Positions 13,148 through 26,075 of a DNA stretch of 64,000 nucleotides are shown here, in pieces. Below the pieces are notes generated by a model. The model did not search any database. It was not told the origin of the DNA and saw only the letters and a list, made by a program, of their open reading frames with translations. The stretch comes from Oopsacas minuta (Eukaryota; Animalia; Porifera). The translations under genes were made by a program, and so were the position numbers. How positions within the stretch are numbered: position 1 is the first letter of the stretch; each line of letters opens with the position of its first letter. The stretch is taken from the NCBI GenBank assembly GCA_024704765.1, contig JAKMXF010000319.1, positions 220,303 through 284,302 on the forward strand, read 5' to 3'.

Positions 13148-14247
13148 CAGGCCCGGTGGAAGCTCGAGAGAGGTGGGGCAGCCTTGAATTGTGATGATCG
13201 CAGAGTAAATAAAGTTAATTTAATGGGATCGAGAACCCATCTAATATACATTACGAGAACAACTCCCCTAGAGATTACATTTGTTCTCAATGCAAAATCA
13301 AAGTTGAGCTTAAGTTTTGGCAGTTCAAACTAAGTGATCAAATAAATATATCTAATTCTGTAATCTATATAATATAATCTCAATTGTTGTCTGTCTGTTT
13401 ATTTGTTTGTTTGTTTGTTGTTGTTTGTTGTCTGTTGTCAAGGAAAAGATTTACGATATGCAATTTTGAAATTGTCGCATAACTATGTATTATCGTGTTA
13501 ACCAAGGAAGTAAATAGAATTCAAATAAAACTCAACTCATGCTGAATCCGATTTTCACACTTTTGGATGGGTCATAATTAAATTTATTGTTGTATTTAGG
13601 AATATAAAGTAAACAAATTTCAAAATTAAGGTACAAGTAGAATCATACTTTCAACGGCTATGCTGGGGTAATCGAGTGTGCTGAGTCTGAATATGGCATT
13701 GTAAACAAAATCTATAATATTAACTCTTAATTGTTGTTTGTTTGTTTGTTTGTTTGTCCGTTGATATGTAAATATATTGTTGTTTTATGAATATACAGGA
13801 AACAAATTAGCAAAACTCAAAATTACATAGATATTTGCTTTCAACGGCTACAAAAGGGGTTGATCTTACAAAATATTTCAATAATATATGTGCCATAATC
13901 GCATATTTGTGAATTACGTTGTTGTGAATATATCAATATTATAATACTCAAAGGGCCCGTCAATTTGGAGAATAATGGACACCTCGAGGCGTAATGCGGG
14001 GAGTTCATCGCGAAGCGACGAGCCAAAGGCTCGTAGTAATTTACAACAAAATTGTAATTATACTATAGAAGATCCTCCGGCTTGAACTCGGTGCCAAACA
14101 TATTACTCAAATATCAAACACTCAATTATATCATAAGATGACAAAATATTATCGCGAACCATGCACGCGAAATGTATATACCAAAAGATTTACATAAAAA
14201 GTGGGGCGGCTCAGGCCGTCCCAGCCGCCCCGGCTCTGCCGGCCCTG
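13148..14247. mobile_element. Non-autonomous hAT element carrying a nested Helitron-like insertion
   Basis: TIRs caggcccggtggaagc / ggctctgccggccctg, with an 8-bp TSD ATCATGAC at 13140-13147 and 14248-14255. Confidence 0.85.
13364..14033 (+). mobile_element. Non-autonomous Helitron-like element, family A
   Basis: 5' end A|TCTATAT...ctcaattg followed by (GTTT)n, a second internal 5'-like end near 13710, and a 3' hairpin tcatcgc-gaa-gcgacga followed by gccaaaggCTCG|T. Confidence 0.7.
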
Positions 14248-16005
14248 ATCATGACTATTTAGTGCATTGCATTGTTTGCAAGATGGCTACGCTACAATCA
14301 ATTGTACATGCAATTGACAACGCTGCTAAAGTCAAAGATAATTATTACAGAATGAAATTTTCAATAAATACGCTTTAGCGTATTTGCTTTCCTGAATGAG
14401 CGCTGGGGGCTAGAAAATTGCTCCAAAACTAAAATTTAATCTCCTAGAAGAAGATTTTGGCTGAAATTTACGTCACATTTGACCAATCAGGATAATTAGT
14501 CCCCCAAAACATTTTATTTTGTATCTTTGAAAATTGAAAAATTGTTTGGAAGAAATATTCCGACGAAAAGAATAAGCCTGGGCACTTATTCAATGAAAAC
14601 GGAAAATAGTATTTTAGGAAAATTCTCATGCGTTTCTAATGTTAGGGTAAATTCAATTCGTTGATAATAATAATTTTGGATTTACTTATTTCTACCTGTA
14701 ATATTTGATCGCTGATTAGAAATGTAATAGCCATTTTATACAAGAAAACAGCAATAGGTTGCAATAATTACTAAAAATGCATAGAATATTTTAAGCAGAC
14801 GCCTGAGAGGCTGCTAATACGAATGCGAAGCATTTTTCTGAATCTGCGCAGATCAAGCAAGCGAAGCGTATTTATGTAAAATGAATATAAAAGATAGATA
14901 TAAACTTACAGTGAGTGTGTTTAAGACAGTCAATGTTGTGTGCGTGTGTTTCAATGTTGGATTGAGATGTTGACAGTTTATAGTATAGTAATGCATTCAA
15001 AGTATCTTGAAATTTATACTTAACTTGGTAGGTGGGTTAAGCTTAAGAGTCTATCTATACACTGATATTAAGTATTAGCTGTATTTGTTAATGCTTAATG
15101 CATATAATGAAAAGTGGATTTGCCTGGCTTGGACAAGCTGGAATACCTTCCTAAGCGAATTTATATGTCACCCTTAGGGTATCCTGGATTATCACGGGAT
15201 ATATTACTTCATATCCAGAGTTGAGTTTCTGAAGTAACCTATAACTGCAGGTATAAGGACATGTTATTCGGAAACACAAATGTTAGGACTCACTTTCGTT
15301 CCTAACTGAAGTCACGCAAATGATGAGTACACGTTTCGTATAAGGAACACCATTATTATGAACCACAGGCTGAGATTTGGCAAAAATTAAGGAACTCTTA
15401 AGAAGTGCGTACATACAGGGGCGCCCGCAAGCATACTCACTATACGCAGGTGCGTATAGTAAATGTCTCTAATATTTTTCCTGTACCGACTATACTATAG
15501 TACATTGCAGTGTGTTTCTCGACCTTTTCGAACTGCTACATAATTATTTTATTAATAAATTTCAAGACACACCTTTCAAGGTGGCATTCAATCAGCGTAA
15601 CCGGTGTGAGAATGTACTACAATTATATGTAGTAAATTAGTACTTTGATATCCAGAGGTGAAGCTAAGCCCCTTGAAAGTACATTAAACAAAATTCTATT
15701 ATGCCAGTGACATTTTGGTGGCAACTCAAAGGCGATGCCACAACTGGGAGCAATAGGATGGCAGGAATCATTTCTAGTGGGGCACAAAAATTTTTCGGAA
15801 TACAGACTGGCTATTATGTGTGGCGGTGAAATTGGAATAGTATGTAATTTAAGCGAATTATTATTCATTTTGGCTACTGGAACTGAAACCAAATCAGAAA
15901 GTAAACCGGAACTATGACGTAAGCAAAAATGTATATTTTTGATAGTTATCAATTTTGGATAAATAACTGTTTATTGTCATAATTATTGTATAGAAAATTC
16001 ATTTA

Positions 16006-16106
16006 CAGTAGAGTCTCGTTAATACGAACACGGTTAAGGAGTAACTGCAAATAAGGAGTATGAATTTTGGCAGTCCACTGGTGTATGTATTAACGAGAGT
16101 CTACTG
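16006..16106. mobile_element. Tc1/mariner/pogo-type MITE
   Basis: 20-bp TIR cagtagagtctcgttaatac / gtattaacgagagtctactg (1 mismatch), with TA on both sides. Confidence 0.85.
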
Positions 16107-16522
16107 TAGTCACCATCTGTTCCCTTTGAGATAATTATTCATATTTTCTGCCGGTGAGGGCTGTTTTGATTTCAAATTATGGATTACTTTTCAGGCCGCT
16201 TGTGCTAAAAATTATTATAAGGTGGATATTGTACATCTAAGGCTCCCGAACAAAATTAGGATGGGAACGACTGCCTATGGCCACATTTTCGATTCCAACT
16301 TGCATATTAAAAGCGGCTGTCTGCACTTCGCCTGTAAATTATCCAAGGGCTAACATTTCAAATCTCATCGAATCAACTTTTAATCACCAAATTCGTACTT
16401 AGCGTCAAATTGCTTTTCTAGATTGATTTTCTTGATATTTCTTTCATACTCAACATGAATACACAATACTATCGTCTGTTTCGTTATTAATGCATGCTAC
16501 ATATAAAATTAATTCTTTCATC

Positions 16523-16970
16523 GTAGACACAATCTGTTATGCCATCGGTCATTTGTATAAAGAAATGCTTAGGTAGACCTTATCCTGTTATCCTATCAGT
16601 CATTTGTATAAATGCTTAGGTAGACCGTATCTGTTATCCTATTGGTAACTTGTATAAATGCTTAGGTAGACCTTATCTGTTATGCTAACGTTCATTATTA
16701 TCTGTTTGCAAATATTTACATAGATGGTACTAGCATTGATATGATATGTTGCCCTTAACGGCATTACCTTGTTGTCACATAATATCATACTTGTAATCTC
16801 CAACAAGTTTATGATAACTATAACAGGAAAAAATTTCTAATTATATTGGACATATAATAGCACTCAATGTTCCATAGTTTTTATGGAAGATTAGCCAATA
16901 AATGTGTGCTTAGCTTAACTCCAATATATATTGATCCGATTTGGAGTAGGTTTAATCAAACGTTGCATGT
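16523..16970. repeat. Dispersed repeat family B beginning with a ~46-bp minisatellite (about 4 units, 16523-16700); related pieces at ~21285-21340, 24457-24650, 38700-38960 and 44880-45047
   Basis: Repeated unit gtagaccttatc(c)tgttatcctatcagtcatttgtataaatgcttag. The motif acagagatggtactagcattgatatgatatgttgc is shared among copies. The 24457 copy starts A|TCTATATTATTAAAT, like the Helitron family A ends. Confidence 0.7.
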
Positions 16971-18455
16971 AAAGTAAACAAATAGCTGATATCTCGAAAT
17001 ATACTTAGAGACTTACTCTCAACAGACATATAGGGTAATCAAGCACGCTGAATCGGAATATGATATTTCAATACTACGTGCCTAGTATTGATCTCATTCC
17101 CGTTGCAATAGCTGATTAAATATTTCAGTACTGAGCTGGTAAAGTTTATACATTTATCGTATATACTCTACATGCCAACCTGAGTGAAGAAACCACGGGA
17201 CGGAGGTACTAATATAGCTCCGCTCCACCTTCCACTCCTGAATCATAAATGGAACGTGCTCCTTTAATGCTCTGTAATATATCGGGACATCGCTGGACGC
17301 AGCATATTTGCTACAAAAATGCAAATATGGTGCTAAAATTCGGGGCAATAATGATTTGACAAATTCGGAAACAATATGATTATTTGGTTGTAATTTCTTC
17401 ACTTCCTACTGTTAATAATCGTAACATTTCAAGATGTTCATTATCTTGAGAAGAAGTTATTGAAAACGTTTGGTTAACTAGAGAATACTCCAAATGTCCA
17501 TCACACCTAAATCTCTCTTTCTATCATCTGGGTAACTTACTCATCAGTTTTTATGAGTGTGATAACATTGCAGTTTGGTATCTCGGCAGTAGAGTACTAC
17601 GATATTACACATTTCCAGATTATCGTGTTGAATATGAATCCCGTGGGTTAGCAGTGAGTGAGAATTTTCAGATTACTATGCATAGCTGTATACTATAATG
17701 TTATTAGGATATACGAGCCTAATAATTGTGTGTATTTTGAATAATTACTTTTCATATATCTTAACATATACGAGTAATGTTTATTATATCCCACTTACTA
17801 TCTGATAACAATGATATAATAAACATTGAACAACTTATTATGTCAGACTTGCTCGCAGCAACATTGGCGGTCCTATCACTAAAATTGGGGGAACAAAACT
17901 GGAGAGTGGTATGTGTTGGGTCCTGAACACATAATATATTGATTGTACAGTTAAACATGTTGAGGCCAAGGTATAACTATGGGGCAGCAATGAACCCTTT
18001 GCCATCTCGCCTAAAGGCGCTAAATGCTACTTGTTATACTTCATATTGAGTGAACTTGATTGAATTGGATTTGTTGAATTCACAGAAATCCTACATTTTA
18101 TTGGACTGTCATAATTACAGCGGTGCTTATTGATAGCAAAGTCGACTTCGCGTATTAAAAGATGCGTAGAAAAATAGCATTCTATACTATTATAGAAATT
18201 TTATAGAATATAAAGATGGAGGACGATCTGTGGCTGCCATATATGACTCGCCTTACCATTTCAGACGGCAGACCAAATATAGCGTGACTAAACCAGCTAC
18301 AGTAGATACAGCAGTAGAAAAGTTTATATAAGGATCTACACCATAGTAGAATTTATTTCTCGATAGTATTCTTATATTGAGTATACACTGTAATTCAGTT
18401 TTAATCTTCAATTTCCTTCTTTACACACTATTATAACTCATTGCTTGTAACAATA

Positions 18456-19415
18456 ATGGCAAGTGTAGGTTGTGTTATTGCGCCACCAACCGAGACCCAA
18501 CCGCCGGATTTCGATAGTCCTTTGATCATAGAACCAAAACAGCCTCAGAATGTGCTAACGTTGGGTAATTTGGCTCCACTTGTTGGCACCTGGGTTAACG
18601 CGCCTAACACATTTGGGTACAATGTGATGCCACTACCTCAAATGTATGATGAGACAGGAGGTGTAATGGTACCTTCGTACATCCTGAAGAATAATCAATA
18701 TTATGAAGAGATGACGTTTTCAGCAATCAACGGTGTAGCTCCTAATCGCGGTGGTCAAGGTACTCAGGTTTGCAATACGCTGTTTTATGAACAGCGAGTT
18801 TATCTTAGTGAAAATCCTGATCAAAATAAATTACTGCATGCAGAAAACGGGTCTTGGCTGAATTTCACTAGTAGGGAACAATTTCTTGGGCCATATGGAC
18901 AGACACCTCTTCCCAATAGTACCCCTCCAGTTTTACTATATCAAATTGGGAAGCAAATGTCAGTGCCTCATGGTAACTCTATTCTAGCTGTTGGTACGTC
19001 TAGTATTGATAAAAGTGGCCGACAGCCTGATATTCCCGATATTCCATTGATTAAACCACAAGGTGTTAATACATCTCAATACGATGATCAATCAGTAGGG
19101 AATCCGAATGTAACATATACATCAAATCCAAATCTAGTCATACAGCAGGGTCTAACAGGAGAAAAGATCGCTGAATACATCAAACTTGAAGTTGATTCAA
19201 AACCAGTAGCTCCGCCAACAAACATTGGATTCGAGCAAAAGTTTTCAAAAGTAACCAGCTACAAGCAAACTGTGTGGATTATAGCTAGTAAAGATCTTGG
19301 GCAGTTTGACCGTTTACTATACTCGCAGACAATTGGGTTACAATTGATAATCAATGGTACTAAAGTGGAATTCCCTCATGTTACTTCGAATGCGCTAGTT
19401 CGGAAAACTTTCTAA
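18456..19415 (+). CDS. Nitrobindin-like / bacterial-type heme-binding beta-barrel protein, 319 aa, intronless
   Basis: First ATG is at 18456. Motifs LAPLVGTW, PNRG, LHAENGSW, SVPHGNSILAVG and C-terminal FPHV, the candidate proximal His. The family assignment is from recalled motifs only. Confidence 0.7.
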   Translation: MASVGCVIAPPTETQPPDFDSPLIIEPKQPQNVLTLGNLAPLVGTWVNAPNTFGYNVMPLPQMYDETGGVMVPSYILKNNQYYEEMTFSAINGVAPNRGGQGTQVCNTLFYEQRVYLSENPDQNKLLHAENGSWLNFTSREQFLGPYGQTPLPNSTPPVLLYQIGKQMSVPHGNSILAVGTSSIDKSGRQPDIPDIPLIKPQGVNTSQYDDQSVGNPNVTYTSNPNLVIQQGLTGEKIAEYIKLEVDSKPVAPPTNIGFEQKFSKVTSYKQTVWIIASKDLGQFDRLLYSQTIGLQLIINGTKVEFPHVTSNALVRKTF

Positions 19416-21801
19416 CTTGGTATTTCCTTTCTTTCTTTCTTTCTTACTATTCCCATTACTAGTTTACTATCCCCCATATATCTTTAGATGTTAAACTTTC
19501 CTTTTTTGCTGTATTTGTGAGTAGATTGAGTTATTATCTTGTGTGTTAAATTCCTGACTTACACATGTGTTGGCGGTCGATATTGTCTGAAAAATGTTGG
19601 ATCAGATCATATTCCTAGATTAGAGAAAGGTCACATTTTCTGAGGGGATAACGTTCTTAATATTACAATATCGCTTAGAAATTCGGTCACCGAAATATAC
19701 ATAATGAAATAGCCCGTAAACTACGTTTTCTATAATCATAATATTTTCATAGTGGTTACTTAATTAACAGTGTAGAGGTAATTATTTGCTATCATAGGTT
19801 GCAATATATACGTAATAATCTTTTTCAGCATGAATTCAATTTTGTTTGGGAACACAAAGAGTTCTCACTAGCACCTTTGGCCCTTACAGTACAAGAGGTA
19901 ACCCCTGGAATATAATTTATAACTCGTAACTTCACTTCAAATACTGTGAAATTCGCATTCAGCTTTTCCTCGGAAATATCGTTAAAATATCAGAATATTT
20001 ATTGTGTCAAACCTTGTATACATAAATTGGTAAATACGAACATAGTCAGCACAAACAGTTTTCCCCTTAAGCCTTATTAGCCACATTCATCCGGCCTCAT
20101 TGCTCGTTTTATCGACCCAGAATTCTCTAAATGCGGAAATTCTGCTTGGAGATTGCGATACTTTTTTGCCAGAAAATGAAACAAAGATACACTAAGGAAT
20201 TGAAAATGTAAAATTTATCAAGAATTGGCTTGGAATGTGGTATATACATTCGATATAATATGAGAAACCAGTCCTTCATCTCGGAAAATCGAGTTTTCTA
20301 ATTAGATGGCTGAAAGGAAATGTATCTTCATTTAGATTGGCTGCGATTTGAATCGACCGGCCGTTGACATGCGAGTTGGCTTTATTCTACTCACGTTTAA
20401 TTATACAATCAGGTATTAGTAGACATATGACTCATTGATTGATCTTCTATAATTTTCAATCGTAATTGTTGTCTGTATGTTTGTCTTACTTTGTAAAAAT
20501 ATCTGGTGGCTATGCCACCAAACCACCCGATTTGTCAAGCACTCAACACGCACAAAACTCCTGTTTTAGCGTTATTGAAAATAACAAGCCAGAGGAATAC
20601 ATTTATAATCGAAGGATGGAAATCGTTAGGGATCGAAACTTTAAATTTGAATGTGTATATGGTCTGGTATAAGAACATTTTCTAGATTATAGCCGAAATC
20701 TTCGAAACTCTCTGAGATGGTGTTAAGATATTTTGAGCCATCAGAATTGATGTTTTCTAAATATCTATAAGATTGGCCTCTGGGATATTCAGAGTTAATG
20801 GTGTCCAAAGACTCTTATGTATTCAAATGGTAATGCTTAATTTGTTATTTCGATCAGTGCGATTTAAGAGTCAGGAATTTCCTCTACACAGTAGTTGGGA
20901 ATTTGGTCAACGGTTCTCATTAAAGTTGTAAATAGACCAAATGATACTAGGGAGACGTATGAATATTTCGAGAAATTGTAAGCTTTATGTATTTCAAAGA
21001 AGACAGAAGCTCTATTGTATTTTGGTTGATATATCTTCATGATTTACTGGGATGAGAATGAATTGTATACCGAGAAATGGATCTTTACAAATGTTTCAGG
21101 AATTTACAATTCAGGGGAAGATCGATTGCACTACCACCCACTAGTGGAAGAATTCATTAAGTTATGTGTGGGCTTGAGTCTATATGTCGTGTATGACCTA
21201 TTGAACAGCAAATTAATTAACTTAATATCCTAATATTTAGTTACAAAACGCCCATAAGTGATAAAGTTCAACTATACGTACTTAATCTAAATGCTTGGGT
21301 AGACAATATCTGTTATGTCATCGGTCATTTTGATCATTTGCAAATAATGTGCACGGGTCGTACCGCCACATTTTCAATGTATATTTTCTTCAATCTCACA
21401 ATATTTCTGGAATATGGGATTTTCTGCATTATTACATAGTGCATTATTCTTCTATTTTTAGCATTTTATAGCTTTATGGAAAACAATCAATATAGTACTA
21501 ATGTGTGCGTATTGAATTATCAATTTATAATTACGTAACCCATCGAAATAATATTGTGTAACCTTCTTTTCCAATTATCTGTTATTAGAACCCGATTTGT
21601 GTATACGTGTCTTTCACACTCTGTTTCAAAATTATATGCGGATTCAATTTTGCAGTATAATCTAAAATCTATGTACTGCGATATACTGCTAATATCAGGG
21701 GCGTAGGGCCCCAAACAAAGGAGGGGCTCCATAACTTCAGCTCCGAAGAGTTTTTTCGTAAATTCTTCCGACTTAGCTAATGATAATAAAGAATATAAGC
21801 T

Positions 21802-24432
21802 AAACCTTTAGTGCCAAAGATCACTAATAAGTGATTACTCAAGAAATAATTAACAACTTAAAATATGAGTAAAGACTATCTTCTTGTTTAGTAACTGATC
21901 GTGACATTATAACGGAGAAAAATGGCAACTGCAGAACAAACCTATGACATCCTAATTGCAGGCGCAGGAGTTTCTGGACTCTATTGCGCATACAAATTAA
22001 ACGAGAAATATCCCAAAAAGACCATATGTATTATAGAAAAACTGGACCGCATTGGTGGGCTGTTGGAGAGTAATCTTGTAACAATCAATGGGAAAACCAT
22101 CAAACAAGAAGAAGGTGGAATGCGCTTTTACAAAACTAGTGAGATCTATAAATTAGCTATAGAATTAGGATTGGAGAAAGAAATTGTTCCTTTCTCAATG
22201 GGAAACAAATATAATTTGAACTTCATTAGAGGTGTTCGCTTTACACTTGGTCAAGCTGTTGAATCAAAAGTGTGGTTTGACTTGTATAATACGGGTTTGA
22301 GTGTAAAAGAGAAAGACAAATATACGGATCCATTCGCTATACTAAATGATGTATTCGATAAATTCGCATGATGCAGGACCCACAAGAAGAAGCACCATTT
22401 ACTCCACAACAATGGCAACATGTTAGATTAGAATGGAAGGTTGACAATATCGAATTATATAAATGGGATTTTGCGTCTATACTGCGTTTTATGGGTCTTT
22501 CCTATGAAACGATCAAAATGATTGAGATATCACTTGGATTCAAAAGTTTATCCAATCGTAATATAAATGCTGGATTCGGATTCCAATCCAACCTTGACTT
22601 CACCTCAAACCCCGAGTTTTATACTCTTAAATATGGTTATGATGAAATACCAAAAAGGCTTTGCAAAAGAATCACAAACAATGGAGTAAAAGTCAATTTA
22701 CTATCTGAGTTAGTGAAACTTGATGAAGATGTTGGCCAAAGTTTTCCAATTCGTATTGAATATATTGACAGAAATGATCCGAATAAATCACAGCAAAAAA
22801 CTATCAGATGCAAAAGATGTGTACTGGCTTTACCCAAATTAGCCTTGCAAACTTTACCTTCAAGTAACGAATGGATGGCAGACACTAAATTTTCACGGTA
22901 TGTCGATTCCGTAATCTCTGAATCCCTTACAAAAATCAATTTGTATTTTGAAAAGCAATGGTGGTCCATATTGGGAATTGATAGTGGTCCGAATTATACG
23001 GATTTACAGCTTGGTAGCGTGTACATATTTACTCCGATCAGAGAACCTACAGAACGAGGGAAGGCATACGAAGATCCTGGATCGTTAACTATTTATTGTG
23101 ACTATGACAATAGTTATTACTGGCAATCTATGCAATCGATTGGTAAGGATTATCAGCCGAAAGACAATGTAAAAGTTTCACTTCACAGTGTTTTAGCCAA
23201 AGAACAAGTTGTTGTAGTTGCCATGGATCAATTAGCGCAATTATTCCAAAGGTCCAATTTCAAAAAAGGAAGCCCTAGAGATGTGACCCCATGGAACCAC
23301 TCATTAATATTCCTGATCCAGTTCTAGCCACATACACTCACTGGACAGAACCGCGTTTTGGTGATTCTTGTCACGCATGGAAGGTATTTTCTAATGATAG
23401 TATAGTTTCTCCTGGGATGTTCAATGTGTTAGGGCCTAACATTGGTATTATTGGAGAATCATATTCACTTGTCCAGTCCTGGGTGGATGGGTCATTGACT
23501 CATACTAATTCTTATTTAGAATATATCACGCAATCTGGAGATTTCTAATGGGTGCGTGTGTGAGCTCTTAGTGAGTGTATAGGAACACTATATGTGTGTG
23601 CTTTGAATTCATTACTTAAGTTCAAACATTTCAGTGTTAGTGTTACGCTTGTTTAGAGATGGAATTTGTTATCTATTGTATTGAATATATTGGTATTTGT
23701 AATGATTTTTAGTGATATGATTTGATTAATCGTTTTCTATTTGGTGTACATGGGGCCTTCATAAACAGACACCTGTATAATCCGGTTGACCTACCCTACT
23801 CAACAAAAGTAATCAGGCAATGGTAAAGTTTCCATACAAATACTAATAATCTCCCCTATTTTTGATGGGCCAATACAGTAAAACTTCAGAGTATCTCCCA
23901 TGTCATAGTTGCATTCTTCGTATTGTAACCTCAGTATACAGACTTCCAGTTTAGATATTTTTTACTGATGCTAAATATTTCCAACTCATGACCAGAGGCA
24001 CCACTGGATGGATACAAACTATAATCTAAATACACTCCGTAATCCATTTCCCACACGATTATGGATCCATATCCAATCTATATCCATTTTGAATGCGAAT
24101 ATTCAAATCAAATTCATGAAACATCCATGAAATACATAAATTTTATGGATCTGATAGATTCCTTTTGGAGCTTACAATCCTGAGATTCCGAATTTAGTAG
24201 CAAATGTCTATGACCGAATACGGCCGGGAAAATGTGTGATTTAATGACGTCAATAAGGTACTGAAATCTCGATTTGAGTGTACGAATTGGTTGAAACGAA
24301 GTTATATAATTTTAGTCTTCCTTTTTGTTACAAATGCAACAATTCGACCGTAATTGGTTAATTGTAGTATGAGAATGGGATTGGTTTGCAATCTTACAAG
24401 CAAAACCATAGGATTACACGTGCATCTCAATT
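21802..24432. repeat. Right arm of the inverted duplication
   Basis: Reverse complement of 10355-12983. Confidence 0.95.
21922..23548 (+). CDS. L-amino-acid-oxidase-like flavoprotein, copy B (542 aa if the 1-nt deletions at 22360-22362 and 23287-23290 are repaired)
   Basis: Same motifs as copy A. It has A3 where copy A has A4, and C4 where copy A has C5. The repaired length of 1629 nt equals that of repaired copy A. Confidence 0.88.
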
Positions 24433-24456
24433 ACATTGTCTCTAACGACACTGTAA

Positions 24457-24730
24457 TCTATATTATTAAATGCCTAGGTAGACAGATATTGTCTACCTAA
24501 GCATTTAAATGAACTTATGCAGTCATCTATATTTGCTTGAAAATACTTACAGAGATGGTATTAACATTGATATGATGTGTTTCCCTTAACGGCATTACCT
24601 TGTTGTCACATCATATCATACTTATAATCTCAACTTGTAAATTCCAACAGGTTCTTGATAACTATCTATATTATTCAATCTCAATCGTTGTTTGTTTGTC
24701 CGTTGTTAAGGAAAGGATTTACGGTATGTC
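24457..24730 (+). mobile_element. Helitron-like 5' ends: family B at 24457 (with a 19-bp-stem hairpin at 24466-24508) and family A at 24665
   Basis: Both start A|TCTATATTATT. Hairpin ttaaatgcctaggtagaca-gatat-tgtctacctaagcatttaa. The family A piece continues with (GTTT)n ccgttgttaaggaaaggatttacggtatg. Confidence 0.6.
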
Positions 24731-25733
24731 TATCTGCCTCCACATATAGAGCAATGTGTGTTCGTCGGTAAATCCATGAAGTTACAGCCCCCCGCCCACT
24801 CAAAATGGTCACGGAACGCCCCTGAGTGGTCACCCTAGTTAACTGTCTCGTAACCATTCTCGTTTTTAGTCTTATTTATCTTTCAGATGATATACAGTAG
24901 ACTCCGCTTAATAGAGCCACGGATTAACAGAACCATACAAATAGTGTAATTACTCTGGTTTATTAATCGGGTCCAGAAGACCTCCTCCCCAGTGTTCCCC
25001 CTAAGCGTTTTGACCGGCCGGCTGGACGCCCAAAACGCCAATTTGGCATTCCGACGGCTGGTCAATTCGGATCTGCAGCCGATCAAGAAAAATTGAGTAG
25101 ATTTTATTAGTATAGGCATAGGCTTAACAGCTATTAATATAATAATATACGACATAAATTCAGTGATTTTCGGCAATATCGATGTTGAGTTTCATTTGTA
25201 TGTTCTGAATAGTGTCGTAATCTCCAGCAGGAACTTTGCCGCAATTAGATAGTTTTCGGCCGATAAAACAGGCCATGAGGCCGACCAAATGTGACCCATA
25301 ACTTGGCTTAGGGGGAACACTGCTCCTCCCGATGTGACCTTATTAAGCGAAGTCTACTGTATCCTAAATAATCTCAAATTTGGTTCAAGCGAATCATGAT
25401 TGGTTGATTTCTAAATGACTAATTCATGAATTATTCAGAAAATTAATGAAAATTCATATTTAGATAATCGATATAAAAATTCTCATTTTATTCCAACAGA
25501 AATATCCGGTGGGGTAGATGAAGAGTTAAGTATCCATTTGTAAGCCGATTTATCTAACCCCTCTTATAGTGATGGAAATTTTGAGTAATTCATAGTTTGA
25601 ATAATTCATAATTCATTACCATTTTCAATGAATTATTCAAGTAAGGTTGATCTTTGTGGGTAGAAAATTACCCCTATGCTCGAGCCGCACTCCCAGTTTG
25701 TCCAATGGATATTGTTCTTTCTTAGTTCATATA

Positions 25734-26035
25734 CAGTGAAACCTGCTTAACGGTCACCTGCACATGACGGCCAACTTAATAAAGTCTCGTGTATCAATTT
25801 TCAATAGAAATCAACCTCTATATACAGGGCTCTCAACCTGGAAACTTTTCAAATCGTGAGTGTGCAATTTTGTATTAGTTTTCTGTGAAAAGACCAGGGA
25901 TTCTGCAGTATTTGTAGACCCGAAATCGTGAGACTCACAACGAGATGGTGAGAGCCCTGTATATAGCGGCCAGCAATACATAACAACCACTCTTGGTGAG
26001 TCTCTTTCGGTGGCCGTTATAGACAGGTTTGACTG
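25734..26035. mobile_element. Tc1/mariner-type MITE containing a nested MITE (25825-25959)
   Basis: Outer TIRs TA|cagtgaaacctg ... caggtttgactg|TA. Inner TIRs TA|cagggctctca ... tgagagccctg|TA. Confidence 0.75.
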
Positions 26036-26075
26036 TATGTCTCATTTCTCTATTTTCCTTTGAATTAGTATATGA

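Noticed and set aside
16523-16700. CRISPR-like array of ~46-bp repeats
   Set aside because: The units are contiguous and degenerate with no unique spacers, in a eukaryotic context. It is a minisatellite within a dispersed repeat.
17154-17660. Protein-like minus-strand fragments, possibly a pseudogene
   Set aside because: The frames are broken, there is no ATG, and no motif could be assigned.
20466-21233. Possible decayed gene: two ORFs in the same frame separated by several stops
   Set aside because: No recognisable family and too many stops to support a pseudogene call without a homology search.
11944-23327. Programmed ribosomal frameshifting in the LAAO genes
   Set aside because: The frameshift sites differ between the two copies, each is intact in the other copy, and all are simple homopolymer shortenings.
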